Origin: Dermatophilaceae bacterium
Lineage (GTDB): Bacteria > Actinomycetota > Actinomycetes > Actinomycetales > Dermatophilaceae
NCBI GenBank assembly: GCA_032229625.1
Contig: JAVTVZ010000063.1
Span: 5,470-69,469 of the forward strand
Direction: 5' to 3'
DNA: 64,000 nt
This document shows positions 49,385-59,838 of the stretch, in pieces. Under the pieces are notes generated by a model, which did no database searches, had not been told where the DNA came from, and saw nothing but the letters and a program-made list of their open reading frames with translations. Position 1 is the stretch's first letter; the number at the start of each line of letters is the position of its first letter. Both the position numbers and the translations under genes were made by a program.

Positions 49385-49887
49385 CCACCCCACGCCGCCG
49401 CAGCCGCAGCCACGTCGACAACCCCGTCTTCGGGGACGAGCGAGCGCAACGCGCCTGGATGGAGGCGTATGTCGTGGCCTACGAGGTCGCGCTGCTCGCC
49501 GCGCTGAGCCTGGCGACGGTCATGGTGTGGGTCGGCGGCCGACCCCTGTTGTGGTGGTCCGTCGCGGTCGTCTGGGTGGTCGGGCTGGGCAACCTCGCCG
49601 CGCTCGCCCACCTGCGCTCCGCGGGACTGAGCGACCTGCCGTGGCGTGACCGCCTGCGCTTCTGGAGCTTCCGCCTGCGGCTCGTGCTTATTGCGGCCTA
49701 CGCCGTCGGACTGCTGCGGGCGTTCAGCAGCGACGTGCAGCTGCCCGAGGGTGGCCTCGACGCCGCGACTCTCGCCGGGATGCTCGTCGGGGCGTCCTGC
49801 GCGATCGGCGCGTTCGCCCTCCTGGACTGGCGCACCCGCCGCCGCGCCGCGGCCCAGTTGCCCGAGGACGACAGCTTCGTCGAGTGA
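49381..49887 (+). CDS. Hypothetical multi-pass membrane protein coupled to the XRE gene
   Basis: ATG overlaps the XRE stop (ATGA). About four hydrophobic helices and an N-terminal DER motif. Confidence 0.75.
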   Translation: MTTPRRRSRSHVDNPVFGDERAQRAWMEAYVVAYEVALLAALSLATVMVWVGGRPLLWWSVAVVWVVGLGNLAALAHLRSAGLSDLPWRDRLRFWSFRLRLVLIAAYAVGLLRAFSSDVQLPEGGLDAATLAGMLVGASCAIGAFALLDWRTRRRAAAQLPEDDSFVE

Positions 49888-50008
49888 CGCGCCCGGCCCC
49901 GCGAGGCTCGCGGTTGCGGTCTCAGCTCGGCGTTGCGGATACAGCCGCGACCATCGACTGCGAGCGCAACCGTGAGCGAGCTGGGGGAGGTGCTGCCTCG
50001 GCAGCGCC

Positions 50009-50671
50009 TCAGTGGCTGTCGTGGCCTGGCCCGCTCGACGCGTCGTGGCCGCCGGTGCGGCTCTTGAGCTGCTTGGGCACCTTCAGCCCGCGCGAGCGCA
50101 GCTCCAGGCTGGCCAGGCGCCGCACGATCGCCGGGTCACCGGCCCGCCAGGCTGCGACCGGGTCGTCGCTGATCGCGGCGAGCTTGGGCATCGGCTGGTT
50201 GGCCAGGGCGCGCAACGCGAAGAGGTCGAGGTCGGCGTCCGCGTCGATGAACTGCCGCGCCGCCGCGGCCCGCCGATAGAAGCTGACCCGCAGGAAGAGC
50301 CACGGGATGACGACGATGAGGATCGGCGCGGCCGCCGTCGCGATGCCCAGCGCGAGCGCGAGCCGCTGCAGGGCGCCCGCGGTGTCCCAGCCGATGCCCG
50401 CGATGTCCGATCCCGTCTGCGCCATCGAGGCGAACGCGCCGACGAGCTGATCGCCGACCATCGGCAGATCCCGCACCTGCCCGGCGGTCTGCTGCATCGC
50501 GGTGTTGAAGGAGATGCCGGTCTGGTGCAGCTTGAGCGCCGGCTGCGCGAGCGCGACGACGAGCGCATACATCCACTGACCGACCCAGACCCACGCGATC
50601 GCCCACACCGCGACGATCGCGTCGAAGGTCATCTGGGCGAGGCGCCGGCCGGGCGTCTGGGCGTACCACAT
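50009..50671 (-). CDS. Conserved actinobacterial membrane protein
   Basis: Two hydrophobic segments and the C-terminal [15 protein letters not shown].....DP..AWR pattern. Coding-like codon usage. Confidence 0.75.
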   Translation of the reverse strand: MWYAQTPGRRLAQMTFDAIVAVWAIAWVWVGQWMYALVVALAQPALKLHQTGISFNTAMQQTAGQVRDLPMVGDQLVGAFASMAQTGSDIAGIGWDTAGALQRLALALGIATAAAPILIVVIPWLFLRVSFYRRAAAARQFIDADADLDLFALRALANQPMPKLAAISDDPVAAWRAGDPAIVRRLASLELRSRGLKVPKQLKSRTGGHDASSGPGHDSH

Positions 50672-50796
50672 GGGCACATCCTGCCCGGCGCTCGCCGCTC
50701 GTGACGCCGCGAACCGCCGGTCGAACCGGGTCGGCCGCGCGCGGACGGGCCCCCGGTCACCCCTGCCCGCCGGGCGAGCTCACCTACGCTGGTCGG

Positions 50797-52023
50797 ATGA
50801 CAGGCCGCGCGATGACAGGCCCCGGGGACGCGCGTCGGCCGGCCGCCGCGAACCCCGTCGAGCTCGCCACCCAGGACTGGCTCAGCCACCTGCGCGTCGA
50901 GCGCGGCGCGTCGGCGAACACCCTCGCGTCCTACGGCCGCGACCTGCGCCGCTATGTCGAGCACCTCGCCGCCGCCGGGATCGCCGACCCCGGGCAGGTC
51001 ACCCCGGGTCATGTCGCGGACTTCCTCGTGGCGCTGCGCGAGGGCCGCGGTGGGCGCGCGTTGTCGAGCGCGTCGGCGGCCCGGGCCCTCATCGCCGTCC
51101 GCGGGCTGCACCGCTTCCTGCTGCTGGAGGACCGCACCGCCACCGACCCCGCCGCCGGGGTCCGACCGCCCGCCGCCGGGCGACGACTGCCCGACACCCT
51201 GTCCACCGGCCAGGTCGAGGCGCTCATCGCCGCGACCGGCGACGGCAGCACGCCCGCCTCGCTGCGCGACCGGGTGCTGCTCGAACTGCTCTACGGCACC
51301 GGCGCCCGCATCTCCGAGGCCGTCGGTCTCGACGTCGACGACGTGTCTGCCGACGTGTCTGCCGAGGAGCCTGCCGAGGTGCCTGCCGAGGTGCCTGCCG
51401 ACGGGGCGTCCGGCGAGGTGTCGGGCGGCGAGCCCGCCCCCGACGCGACGAACCTCGACACGATGCGCCCGGACGCGACGGCACGCGACGGCCGGCCGGC
51501 TGTCGCGGGGGCGCTGCGGCTGGTCGGCAAGGGCGGCACCCAGCGGATCGTGCCGGTGGGCCGGTATGCCCGGGCCGCGATCGAGGCCTACCTCGTGCGG
51601 GGGCGGCCGGCGCTCGTGGCCGCCGGGCCGGGGCGGGGCGGCGCCGCGCTGCTGCTCGGTGACCGCGGCGGGCGACTGAGCCGCCAGAGCGCGTGGGCGG
51701 TCATCCGGCGCGTCGCGGCCCTCGCCCGGCAGGCCGAGGTCGCTGCCGACACAGGGTCGGGCCCAGGGACGGGCGCTGGGTCGTGCGTCGGGTCGGGTGC
51801 CGACGCGGGCGGCGGGCCGGAGGGGCCGAGCTGGGCGGACCGGATCGGCCCGCACACGCTGCGGCACAGCTTCGCGACGCACCTCCTCGAGGGCGGCGCC
51901 GACGTGCGGGTCGTGCAGGAGCTCCTCGGCCACGCGAGTGTGACGACGACACAGATCTATACGCACGTCACCGTGCAGCACCTGCGCGAGGTCTATGCCG
52001 CCGCCCATCCGCGCGCCCGATGA
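50797..52023 (+). CDS. xerD: Site-specific tyrosine recombinase XerD
   Basis: [70 protein letters not shown]. Start uncertain. Confidence 0.92.
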   Translation: MTGRAMTGPGDARRPAAANPVELATQDWLSHLRVERGASANTLASYGRDLRRYVEHLAAAGIADPGQVTPGHVADFLVALREGRGGRALSSASAARALIAVRGLHRFLLLEDRTATDPAAGVRPPAAGRRLPDTLSTGQVEALIAATGDGSTPASLRDRVLLELLYGTGARISEAVGLDVDDVSADVSAEEPAEVPAEVPADGASGEVSGGEPAPDATNLDTMRPDATARDGRPAVAGALRLVGKGGTQRIVPVGRYARAAIEAYLVRGRPALVAAGPGRGGAALLLGDRGGRLSRQSAWAVIRRVAALARQAEVAADTGSGPGTGAGSCVGSGADAGGGPEGPSWADRIGPHTLRHSFATHLLEGGADVRVVQELLGHASVTTTQIYTHVTVQHLREVYAAAHPRAR

Positions 52024-52052
52024 GCGCCCGATGAGCGCGCGATGAGCGCCCG
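52015..52052 (+). repeat. 11-bp tandem repeat GCCCGATGAGC x3 spanning the xerD stop
   Basis: Units start at 52015, 52026 and 52037 (one mismatch in the third). Confidence 0.85.
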
Positions 52053-52288
52053 GGGGCCCGCCCCGCGGGCGCGACCGCACGGCATACCAGATGTGCGGGC
52101 GCGGTCCGACGCCAGGGGAGTCGGCCGTTGGAGTGCGCTGATACAGTCGGCGCCAGGTGCGTGGCGGGGGGCTGCAGGCCGCCGCACTGCGCACGTGCGA
52201 GCGGAGTCCCGGACTAGGAGAGTGGCACCCGATGATGGCCCTGCAGCAGCTCGCCACGACGAGGATCGATGCCGAACGCGAGGCCGAC

Positions 52289-53293
52289 ATGACCGACGAC
52301 CACCTGCACTCCGACGAGGCTCACTCCGACGAGGCTGCGGACTATCTGCCGTCCGACGACGAGCGCGACGAGCGCTCGCAGGGCCGCCCGACGGCGGCGG
52401 ACTACACCCAGCATCACGGCCGGTTGCCCGGCACCGAGACCGCCGGAGAGGGTCAGCTCGGGCCGACCGGTCGGGTCATGCCGCACTTCCCGGAGCCGCC
52501 GCCGCTGGATCGCCACGGCCCGGCGCGCATCATCGCGATGTGCAACCAGAAGGGCGGGGTCGGCAAGACGACGACCACGATCAACCTCGGCGCCGCGCTC
52601 GCCGAGCTGGGGCGCAAGGTGCTGCTCGTCGACTTCGACCCCCAGGGCGCGCTGTCGGTCGGCTTCGGGCTGCGGGCCCACGAGCTCGACCTGACGATCT
52701 ACAACCTGCTCGTGGAGCGGGGTCACGACGTGCGCGACGTCATCCAGCCCACGCGCACGCACAACCTCGACCTGCTCCCGGCGAACATCGACCTGTCCGC
52801 CGCGGAGGTCCAGCTCGTCGGCGAGGTCGCCCGCGAGATGGTGCTCGCCCGGGTGCTGCGGCCGGTGCTCGACGACTACGACGCGATCCTCATCGACTGC
52901 CAGCCCTCGCTCGGGCTGCTCACGGTCAACGCGCTGACCGCCGCGCACGGCGTCGTCATCCCGCTGGAGTGCGAGTTCTTCGCGATGCGCGGCGTCGCGC
53001 TGCTCGTGGAGACGATCGACAAGGTCACCGACCGGCTCAACCCGCGCCTCCAGGTCGACGGCATCCTCGCGACGATGTATGACGGCCGCACCCTGCACAG
53101 CCGGGAGGTCGTCCGCTCCGTCGTCGACCACTTCCAGGACCGCGTCTTCCACACCGTCATCAGCCGCACCGTGAAGTTCCCCGACGCGACGCTCGCCGCC
53201 GAGCCGATCACCGCCTACGCGCCGTCGCACGCCGCCGCCGAGGCCTACCGGCAGCTGGCCCGCGAGCTCATCAGCCGAGGTGGGGCGGCCTGA
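52289..53293 (+). CDS. ParA/Soj family ATPase (scpAB-linked)
   Basis: NQKGGVGKTTT, VDFDPQG, DCQPSLGLLT and PLECE.FA.RG. Start uncertain. Confidence 0.93.
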   Translation: MTDDHLHSDEAHSDEAADYLPSDDERDERSQGRPTAADYTQHHGRLPGTETAGEGQLGPTGRVMPHFPEPPPLDRHGPARIIAMCNQKGGVGKTTTTINLGAALAELGRKVLLVDFDPQGALSVGFGLRAHELDLTIYNLLVERGHDVRDVIQPTRTHNLDLLPANIDLSAAEVQLVGEVAREMVLARVLRPVLDDYDAILIDCQPSLGLLTVNALTAAHGVVIPLECEFFAMRGVALLVETIDKVTDRLNPRLQVDGILATMYDGRTLHSREVVRSVVDHFQDRVFHTVISRTVKFPDATLAAEPITAYAPSHAAAEAYRQLARELISRGGAA

Positions 53294-53319
53294 GCGCCGC
53301 CGCGCCGTCGGCGCCGCCG

Positions 53320-54450
53320 GTGGAGCGGACCGAGTCTGTGGAGCTGGAAGAGCCTGTGGAGCCCGAAGAGCCTGTGGAGCCGGCAGATTCTGCGCGGCCG
53401 ACAGCGTCTGGGGCGGCGCAGGAGGCGCCGGAGTCGACCGCGCCGGCCGCCCCGGACTCGCCGGACTCGCCGGCCGTGGCTCTCGGTGCGCCCGCGACCT
53501 GCGGCGTCACGCCCGGGGGAGTGCTGACGCGGCGCGGGGCGCCGACCCCCTTCGAGGTGCATCTCGACGTCTTCTCCGGCCCGTTCGACCTGCTGCTCGG
53601 GCTCATCTCCAAGCACAAGCTCGACATCACCGAGATCGCGCTCGCGCGGGTGACGGACGAATTCATCGGCTTCATCCGCGCCCGCCAGGAGCAGGCCCGG
53701 TCCTCCGGCTGCGCGTGGGACCTGTCGCAGGCCTCGGAGTTCCTGCTGGTCGCGGCCACGCTGCTCGACCTCAAGGCTGCGCGGCTGCTGCCGCGAACCG
53801 GCGAGGAGGAGGAAGACCTCGAGCTCATCGAGGCCCGGGACCTGCTCTTCGCGCGGCTGCTGCAATACCGCGCGTACAAGGAGGTCGCGGCCTGGGTGGA
53901 GCAGCGCATCGCCGGTCACGGGCGGATGATGGCGCGCCAGAGCGGCCTCGAACCGCGCTTCGCCGCGCTGCTGCCCGAGCTCGTGCTGTCCGTCACCCCC
54001 GAGCAGCTGGCGCAGATCGCCGCGCAGGCGCTGACCCCCAAGGCGCCGCCGACCGTCGGCGTCACCCACCTGCACGCGCCGGCTGTCAGCGTGCGGGAGC
54101 AGGCCGCGCTGCTCGTGCGGCGGCTGCGGGAGCAGCGCACCGCATCCTTCCGCGAGCTCGTCGCCGACGCCGACGGCACGCTCGTCGTCGTCGCGCGCTT
54201 CCTCGCGCTGCTCGAACTCTTCCGGGAGGCCGCCGTGACCTTCGAGCAGGAGGTCGCGCTCGGTGAGTTGACCGTCTCCTGGGTCGGGCGCGAGGAGGGC
54301 GCCGTCGACGTCGGCGCGCAGTTCGACGACGGCGCTGACAGCAAGGGACCAGGCGGTGACGGCGCAGTCGGCGACGGAGCAGGCGGCGGCGACCCCGTGG
54401 CGCGGGGGTCCGGCGCTGCGGGCGCGACGGCTCAGGAGGTGTATGCGTGA
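53320..54450 (+). CDS. scpA: Segregation and condensation protein A
   Basis: FSGPFDLLLGLI, EFLLVAATLLDLKAARLLP, LLQYRAYK and RFLALLEL. Confidence 0.94.
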   Translation: MERTESVELEEPVEPEEPVEPADSARPTASGAAQEAPESTAPAAPDSPDSPAVALGAPATCGVTPGGVLTRRGAPTPFEVHLDVFSGPFDLLLGLISKHKLDITEIALARVTDEFIGFIRARQEQARSSGCAWDLSQASEFLLVAATLLDLKAARLLPRTGEEEEDLELIEARDLLFARLLQYRAYKEVAAWVEQRIAGHGRMMARQSGLEPRFAALLPELVLSVTPEQLAQIAAQALTPKAPPTVGVTHLHAPAVSVREQAALLVRRLREQRTASFRELVADADGTLVVVARFLALLELFREAAVTFEQEVALGELTVSWVGREEGAVDVGAQFDDGADSKGPGGDGAVGDGAGGGDPVARGSGAAGATAQEVYA

Positions 54451-55205
54451 ACGACATCGCGACCGACGTGACCGACGCGACCGACGTGACCGACGAGGGT
54501 TCCCCGGTCGAGGCACCGGGTCCGGTCGACTCCGCCGATCAGGCCGAGCCCACCGAGCAGGTCGAGCCCACCGAGCAGGTCGAGGCCACCGAGCAGGCCC
54601 AAGCCGCAGGCGCGGAGGCCGCGCAGGAGCCGCCGTTCGACCCTGAGCAGGTGCCCGGCGGGCTGCGGGCCGCCCTCGAGGCGGTGCTCATGGTCGTCGA
54701 GGAGCCGGTCACCGCCGCGTCGCTGGCCGCGGCGCTGCAGCGGCCCGAGGCGCTCGTCGAGGAGACGCTGACGGCCATCGCCGCCGACGACGAGGAGTCC
54801 CGCCGCGGCTTCGCGCTGCTGTGCCTGGCCGGCGGCTGGCGCTACTACTCCCGGCACGACCTGGCCCCGGTGGTGGAGAAGTATCTGCTCGACGGGCAGC
54901 GCGCCCGGCTCAGCCAGGCCGCCCTGGAGACCCTGGCGGTCATCGCCTATCGGCAGCCGGTCTCGCGGGCGCGGGTCAGCGCGGTGCGCGGCGTCAACGT
55001 CGACGGGGTCGTGCGCACGCTGCTGACGCGCGGCCTGATCACCGAGACCGGCGTCGACGACGACCACGGCGCGGTCCTCTACGGCACGACCGCCTACTTC
55101 CTCCAGCGTCTCGGGCTGCGATCACTGGACGAGCTGCCGCCGCTGGCCCCGTACCTTCCCGATTCGGACCTTCTCGACGACCTCATCCAGGAGCGCGACG
55201 CATGA
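54447..55205 (+). CDS. scpB: Segregation and condensation protein B
   Basis: LSQAALETLAVIAYRQPVSR..V..VRGVN and LYGTT..FL..LGL.SL.ELP. Confidence 0.95.
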   Translation: MNDIATDVTDATDVTDEGSPVEAPGPVDSADQAEPTEQVEPTEQVEATEQAQAAGAEAAQEPPFDPEQVPGGLRAALEAVLMVVEEPVTAASLAAALQRPEALVEETLTAIAADDEESRRGFALLCLAGGWRYYSRHDLAPVVEKYLLDGQRARLSQAALETLAVIAYRQPVSRARVSAVRGVNVDGVVRTLLTRGLITETGVDDDHGAVLYGTTAYFLQRLGLRSLDELPPLAPYLPDSDLLDDLIQERDA

Positions 55206-56218
55206 CCGGCAGGGCAGGACGACCCGGACCACGATCCGGCGGTACAGGCGGCGCGGGCCGGTCCGGCGGCGCAGGCCGATCCGGTAGCTCGGGCGGTGGC
55301 CGCGCGGGTGCCGGGCGCGCCGGTGCGGGCGGATCCGGTGGCGCCAGGAGCGGCCGGCCGCAGCGCCGGGACGGCGGGGGATCGGGCAGCGGCTCGGGCG
55401 CGCCGCGGGTGCGCCGCGGTCGTCAGGGCGCGGCCCGGCGGGCGCCGCAGGTGGTCGACGCGCCGCAGGTCGACGTCCACGATCCCGACGGCGTGCGGCT
55501 GCAGAAGCTGCTGGCCGCCGCGGGCGTCGGCAGTCGTCGCGTGTGCGAGCAGCTCATCACCGCCGGCCGCGTCAGCGTCGACGGGGCCGTCGTCACCGAG
55601 CTCGGAGTGCGGATCGACCCGGTGACCCAGAGCGTGCACGTCGACGGGGTGCGCATCCAGCTCGACACCAGCCGCGTCTACTTCGCGTTCAACAAGCCGC
55701 TCGGCGTCGTCTCGACGATGAGCGACGAGCACGGCCGGCCCTCGATCGGTGACTTCCTCGCGCGGCGCTCGAAGGAGTCCGAGCGGCTCTTCCACGTCGG
55801 GCGCCTGGACGCCGACACCGACGGACTCATGCTGCTGACCAACGACGGCGAGCTCGCCCACCGACTCCAGCACCCCTCCTACGGGGTGGCGAAGACGTAT
55901 GTCGCGACGGTCCCCGGCCCGGTGGCGCGTGACGTCGGGCGGCGGCTGCGCGAGGGCATCGAGCTGGAGGACGGCCCGGTGGCCGTCGACTCCTTCCGGC
56001 TCGTGGATTCGGCGCCGGGCCGCGCGATCGTCGAGGTCGTCATCCACGAGGGCCGCAAGCACATCGTGCGGCGCCTGCTCGAGGCCGTCGGTCACCCCGT
56101 GGAGACCCTGACCCGCGTGCAGGTCGGCCCGGTGCAGCTGCGCGACCTCAAGACGGGGCGGATGCGCCCGCTCAACGGCAAGGAGATCGGCGAGCTCTAC
56201 CAGGCCGCGGAGCTCTGA
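55202..56218 (+). CDS. rluB: rRNA pseudouridine synthase (RluB/RsuA family)
   Basis: S4 domain RLQKLLAAAGVGSRR, VGRLDADT.GL..LTNDG and EGRKHIVRR. Gly/Arg-rich N-terminus. Confidence 0.9.
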   Translation: MTGRAGRPGPRSGGTGGAGRSGGAGRSGSSGGGRAGAGRAGAGGSGGARSGRPQRRDGGGSGSGSGAPRVRRGRQGAARRAPQVVDAPQVDVHDPDGVRLQKLLAAAGVGSRRVCEQLITAGRVSVDGAVVTELGVRIDPVTQSVHVDGVRIQLDTSRVYFAFNKPLGVVSTMSDEHGRPSIGDFLARRSKESERLFHVGRLDADTDGLMLLTNDGELAHRLQHPSYGVAKTYVATVPGPVARDVGRRLREGIELEDGPVAVDSFRLVDSAPGRAIVEVVIHEGRKHIVRRLLEAVGHPVETLTRVQVGPVQLRDLKTGRMRPLNGKEIGELYQAAEL

Positions 56219-56220
56219 GG

Positions 56221-57318
56221 ATGCCCGCGCTGTCCCGGGTCCACATCGTCGGCACCGGTCTCATCGGCACGAGCATCGGGCTCGCGCTGCGCGGCCGCGG
56301 CGTCGACGTCACGCTCGCCGACCCGTCGCCGACGGCCGTGACCCTCGCGGCCGACCTCGGCGCGGGGCGACTCGTCGGCGACGACGACCCCGAGCCGGAG
56401 GTCGTGCTCGTCGCGGCGCCGCCCGACGTCACCGCCGGGGTCGTCGCCGCGCAGCTGCGCGCCCACCCGCGGGCGACGGTCACCGACGTCGCCTCCGTCA
56501 AACGCGTCATCCTCGCCGAACTCGCTGCGGCCGGAGCCGATCTCGCGCGGTATGTCGGTGGTCACCCGATGGCCGGCCGCGAGCGCAGCGGGGCGGTGTC
56601 GGGGCGCTCGGACCTCTTCGTCGGGCGGCCGTGGGTCGTCGTGGCCTCCGCGCGGGCCGACACCGGCCGCGTCGAGCAGGTGCGGGCCCTGGCCGAGCTG
56701 ACCGGCGCGGTCGTCGCGCAGATGGACGCCGCGGAGCACGACGGCGCGGTCGCGGCCGTCTCGCACGTGCCGCAGGTCGCGGCGAGCCTGGTGGCGGGGC
56801 GGCTGCGCGAGCTGCCCTCGGAGTCGGTCGCCCTCGCCGGGCAGGGGCTGCGCGACGTCACCCGCATCGCCGAGAGCGACCCGGCGCTGTGGACCCAGAT
56901 CCTCGTCGGCAACGCCACCGCGGTGCGCGGCGTGCTGAGCGGGATGATCCGCGAGTTGCAGGGGGTCATCGACGCCCTCGACGCGATCGGCGACGACCCC
57001 GACTCCCCGGCCCCGGGCGCGCGGCGGGTGCTCGCCTCGCTCATCGCCGACGGCAACGCCGGCCACGCCCGCATCCCCGGCAAGCACGGATCGAGCGCGG
57101 TCGCCTATGCCGTCGTCACCGTCGTCGTCGCCGACGAGCCCGGCACGATCGCCCGCCTCCTGCACGATGTCGGCGCCGAGGGCGTCAACCTCGAGGACCT
57201 GCGCATCGAGCACGAATTCGGCCGACCCGTCGGCATCGTGCAGATGTGGGTGCTGCCGCAGGCGCAGCAGCCCCTGACCGACGCCCTGCGGGCCCGCGGC
57301 TGGACCGTGCGCGACTGA
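56221..57318 (+). CDS. tyrA: Prephenate dehydrogenase with C-terminal ACT domain
   Basis: GTGLIGTSIG, TDVASVK, GGHPMAGRE, HDGAVAAVSHVPQ and RDVTRIA. Confidence 0.92.
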   Translation: MPALSRVHIVGTGLIGTSIGLALRGRGVDVTLADPSPTAVTLAADLGAGRLVGDDDPEPEVVLVAAPPDVTAGVVAAQLRAHPRATVTDVASVKRVILAELAAAGADLARYVGGHPMAGRERSGAVSGRSDLFVGRPWVVVASARADTGRVEQVRALAELTGAVVAQMDAAEHDGAVAAVSHVPQVAASLVAGRLRELPSESVALAGQGLRDVTRIAESDPALWTQILVGNATAVRGVLSGMIRELQGVIDALDAIGDDPDSPAPGARRVLASLIADGNAGHARIPGKHGSSAVAYAVVTVVVADEPGTIARLLHDVGAEGVNLEDLRIEHEFGRPVGIVQMWVLPQAQQPLTDALRARGWTVRD

Positions 57319-57364
57319 GCCGGCGTCGGGATCCGGCGCTCCGGCCAGCGGATAGGCTGGCGCG

Positions 57365-59581
57365 ATGACCTCCCCGCACAGCTTCCGGCCCGTCGTCGCG
57401 ATCGATGGGCCCTCCGGTTCGGGCAAGTCCAGCGTGTCCCGCGCCCTCGCGCAGCGGCTCGAGACGCCCTACCTCGACACCGGCGCGATGTATCGGGCGG
57501 TGACGTGGGCCGCGCTGCGCGACGACGTCGACCTCGACGATCCGCAGGCCGTCGCCGCGCAGGCCCGGGCGGTCGATCTCGTCATGGGCACCGACCCGGC
57601 AGCACCGACCGTGCGGGTCGGAGACACCGACGTCACCGACGCCGTGCGGGAGTCGCGGATCACCGCGGTCGTCTCGAAGGTCGCGTCCGTGCCGGCGGTG
57701 CGGGAGCTGCTCATCGAGGCCCAGCGCGCGATCATCGACGCGGCCCGCGACGCCGGCACCGGCATCGTCGCCGAGGGCCGCGACGTCACGACGGTCGTCG
57801 CCCCCGACGCCGACGCCCGGCTGCTGCTCGTGGCCAGCGAGGAGGCGCGGCTGCGTCGCCGCGCGCTGCAGTTGCACGGCGACGACGGCGCCGAGCGCCT
57901 GGAGTCGACGCGTGACGAGGTCGTGCGCCGCGACGCGGACGACTCCAAGGTGACGGCGTTCGTCGAGCCGGCGCCCGGGGTGGCGCTGCTCGACACCTCC
58001 GACCTGGACTTCGACACCAGCGTCGAGGTCGCCTACGACCTCGTCCTGGCCCAGGCCTCCGGCGAGGACGACGAGGACGACGGCGAGGGCGACGACGGCG
58101 GGCCGGACGACGGCGTGACCGTCGTGCAGTTCACCGACGACGACGACGTCGAGCGGGCGCTGCGGGCCGGCCTGGAGGGCTTCGAGCTCAGCGAGGAGGA
58201 CCGTGCGCTGCTCGACGGGCGCCGCGGCGATGACGACGAGGACGACGACGGGTCGACCCGGCCGGTCGTCGCGGTCGTCGGCCGCGCGAACGTCGGCAAG
58301 TCGACGCTGGTCAACCGCATCCTCGGCCGGCGCGAGGCCGTCGTCGAGGACGTGCCCGGCGTGACCCGAGACCGGGTCGCCTACGACGCGGACTGGTCCG
58401 GGCGGCGCTTCACGCTCGTCGACACCGGCGGCTGGGAGGTCGGCGCCGAGGGCATCCACCAGCGCGTCGCCGAGCAGGCCGAGGTGGCGATCGAGCTCGC
58501 CGACGTCGTGATGTTCGTCGTCGACGCGACCGTCGGGGCCACCGACGCCGACGAGGCCGTCGTCAAGCTGCTGCGCCGCTCCCGCAAGCCCGTCGTGCTC
58601 GTCGCCAACAAGGTCGACGACGAGCGCACCGAGGCCGACGCGGCGATGCTGTGGTCGCTCGGGCTGGGGCAGCCGTGGCCCGTGTCGGGTCTGCACGGTC
58701 GCGGCAGCGGCGACATGCTCGACGCGATCCTCGAGGTGCTGCCGGCCGTCTCGGCCGTCTCGGGCGCCTACCGGCGGGGCGGGCCGCGTCGCGTCGCCCT
58801 CGTCGGGCGGCCCAACGTCGGCAAGTCGAGCCTGCTCAACAAGCTCGCCGGCAGCGACCGCGTCGTCGTCGACGACGTCGCGGGCACGACCCGCGACCCG
58901 GTCGACGAGTACATCGAGCTGGCCGGCAAGACCTGGCGATTCGTCGACACCGCGGGCATCCGGCGCCGCGTCCACCAGACCCGCGGGGCCGACTTCTACG
59001 CCTCGCTGCGCACCCGCACCGCCCTGGAGAAGGCCGAGGTCGCGGTCGTCCTCATCGACGTCAGCGGGCCCGTCACCGAGCAGGACATCCGCGTCGTCCA
59101 GCAGGTCATCGACTCCGGCCGGGCGCTGGTCATCGCCTACAACAAGTGGGACACCCTCGATGACGAGCGCCGCTACTACCTCGAGCGGGAGATCGAGCGC
59201 GACCTCGCCCAGGTGCAATGGGCGCCGCGGGTCAACATCTCCGCGCGCACCGGCCGCCACGTCGACAAGCTCGTGCCGGCGCTGGAGCAGTCGCTGGACT
59301 CCTGGGACACCCGGATCCCGACCGGGCGCCTCAACGCGTTCCTCGGCGAGGTCGTCGCCGCCCACCCGCACCCCGTGCGCGGCGGCAAGCAGCCCCGCAT
59401 CCTCTTCGCCACGCAGGCCTCGACGCGGCCGCCGCGGTTCGTCGTCTTCGCCTCCGGCTTCCTCGAGGCCGGCTACCGGCGCTTCCTGGAGCGCAAGCTG
59501 CGCGAACACTTCGGCTTCGTCGGCTCGCCGATCGAGCTGTCTGTGCGGGTGCGCCAGCCCCGCCGCCGCGGCGGCCGGTAG
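57365..59581 (+). CDS. cmk-der: Bifunctional cytidylate kinase / ribosome biogenesis GTPase Der
   Basis: [19 protein letters not shown] and EGRD.TTVV.PDA, an acidic linker, then two GTPase domains ([16 protein letters not shown] and [16 protein letters not shown]) in one ORF. Confidence 0.95.
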   Translation: MTSPHSFRPVVAIDGPSGSGKSSVSRALAQRLETPYLDTGAMYRAVTWAALRDDVDLDDPQAVAAQARAVDLVMGTDPAAPTVRVGDTDVTDAVRESRITAVVSKVASVPAVRELLIEAQRAIIDAARDAGTGIVAEGRDVTTVVAPDADARLLLVASEEARLRRRALQLHGDDGAERLESTRDEVVRRDADDSKVTAFVEPAPGVALLDTSDLDFDTSVEVAYDLVLAQASGEDDEDDGEGDDGGPDDGVTVVQFTDDDDVERALRAGLEGFELSEEDRALLDGRRGDDDEDDDGSTRPVVAVVGRANVGKSTLVNRILGRREAVVEDVPGVTRDRVAYDADWSGRRFTLVDTGGWEVGAEGIHQRVAEQAEVAIELADVVMFVVDATVGATDADEAVVKLLRRSRKPVVLVANKVDDERTEADAAMLWSLGLGQPWPVSGLHGRGSGDMLDAILEVLPAVSAVSGAYRRGGPRRVALVGRPNVGKSSLLNKLAGSDRVVVDDVAGTTRDPVDEYIELAGKTWRFVDTAGIRRRVHQTRGADFYASLRTRTALEKAEVAVVLIDVSGPVTEQDIRVVQQVIDSGRALVIAYNKWDTLDDERRYYLEREIERDLAQVQWAPRVNISARTGRHVDKLVPALEQSLDSWDTRIPTGRLNAFLGEVVAAHPHPVRGGKQPRILFATQASTRPPRFVVFASGFLEAGYRRFLERKLREHFGFVGSPIELSVRVRQPRRRGGR

Positions 59582-59726
59582 CCTCGCGCGCCTCGCCGGA
59601 CCGCCGGCCTGGCGGGAGCGCCGGGCCGGCGGGGCGATTCGAGGCGAGCGCCGGTCATGAGGTAGTCTGCGACAGGCCCGAGCGCAGGAGCACCTGCTGG
59701 TCGGGCCGATCGAGAACTACATATTT

Positions 59727-59800
<74 letters not shown>

Positions 59801-59805
59801 CGCAT

Positions 59806-59838
59806 AAGCCCTGGTGAGACGTGATCTCACCAGGGCTT
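59806..59838 (+). terminator. Hairpin after tRNA-Pro
   Basis: aagccctggtgaga-cgtga-tctcaccagggctt, 14-bp stem. Confidence 0.8.

Noticed and set aside
50797-53293. Prophage, ICE or plasmid module (tyrosine recombinase plus ParA)
   Set aside because: The sequences and their linkage to scpAB-rluB-cmk-der match the housekeeping xerD/soj locus. No att sites, parB or phage genes are present.
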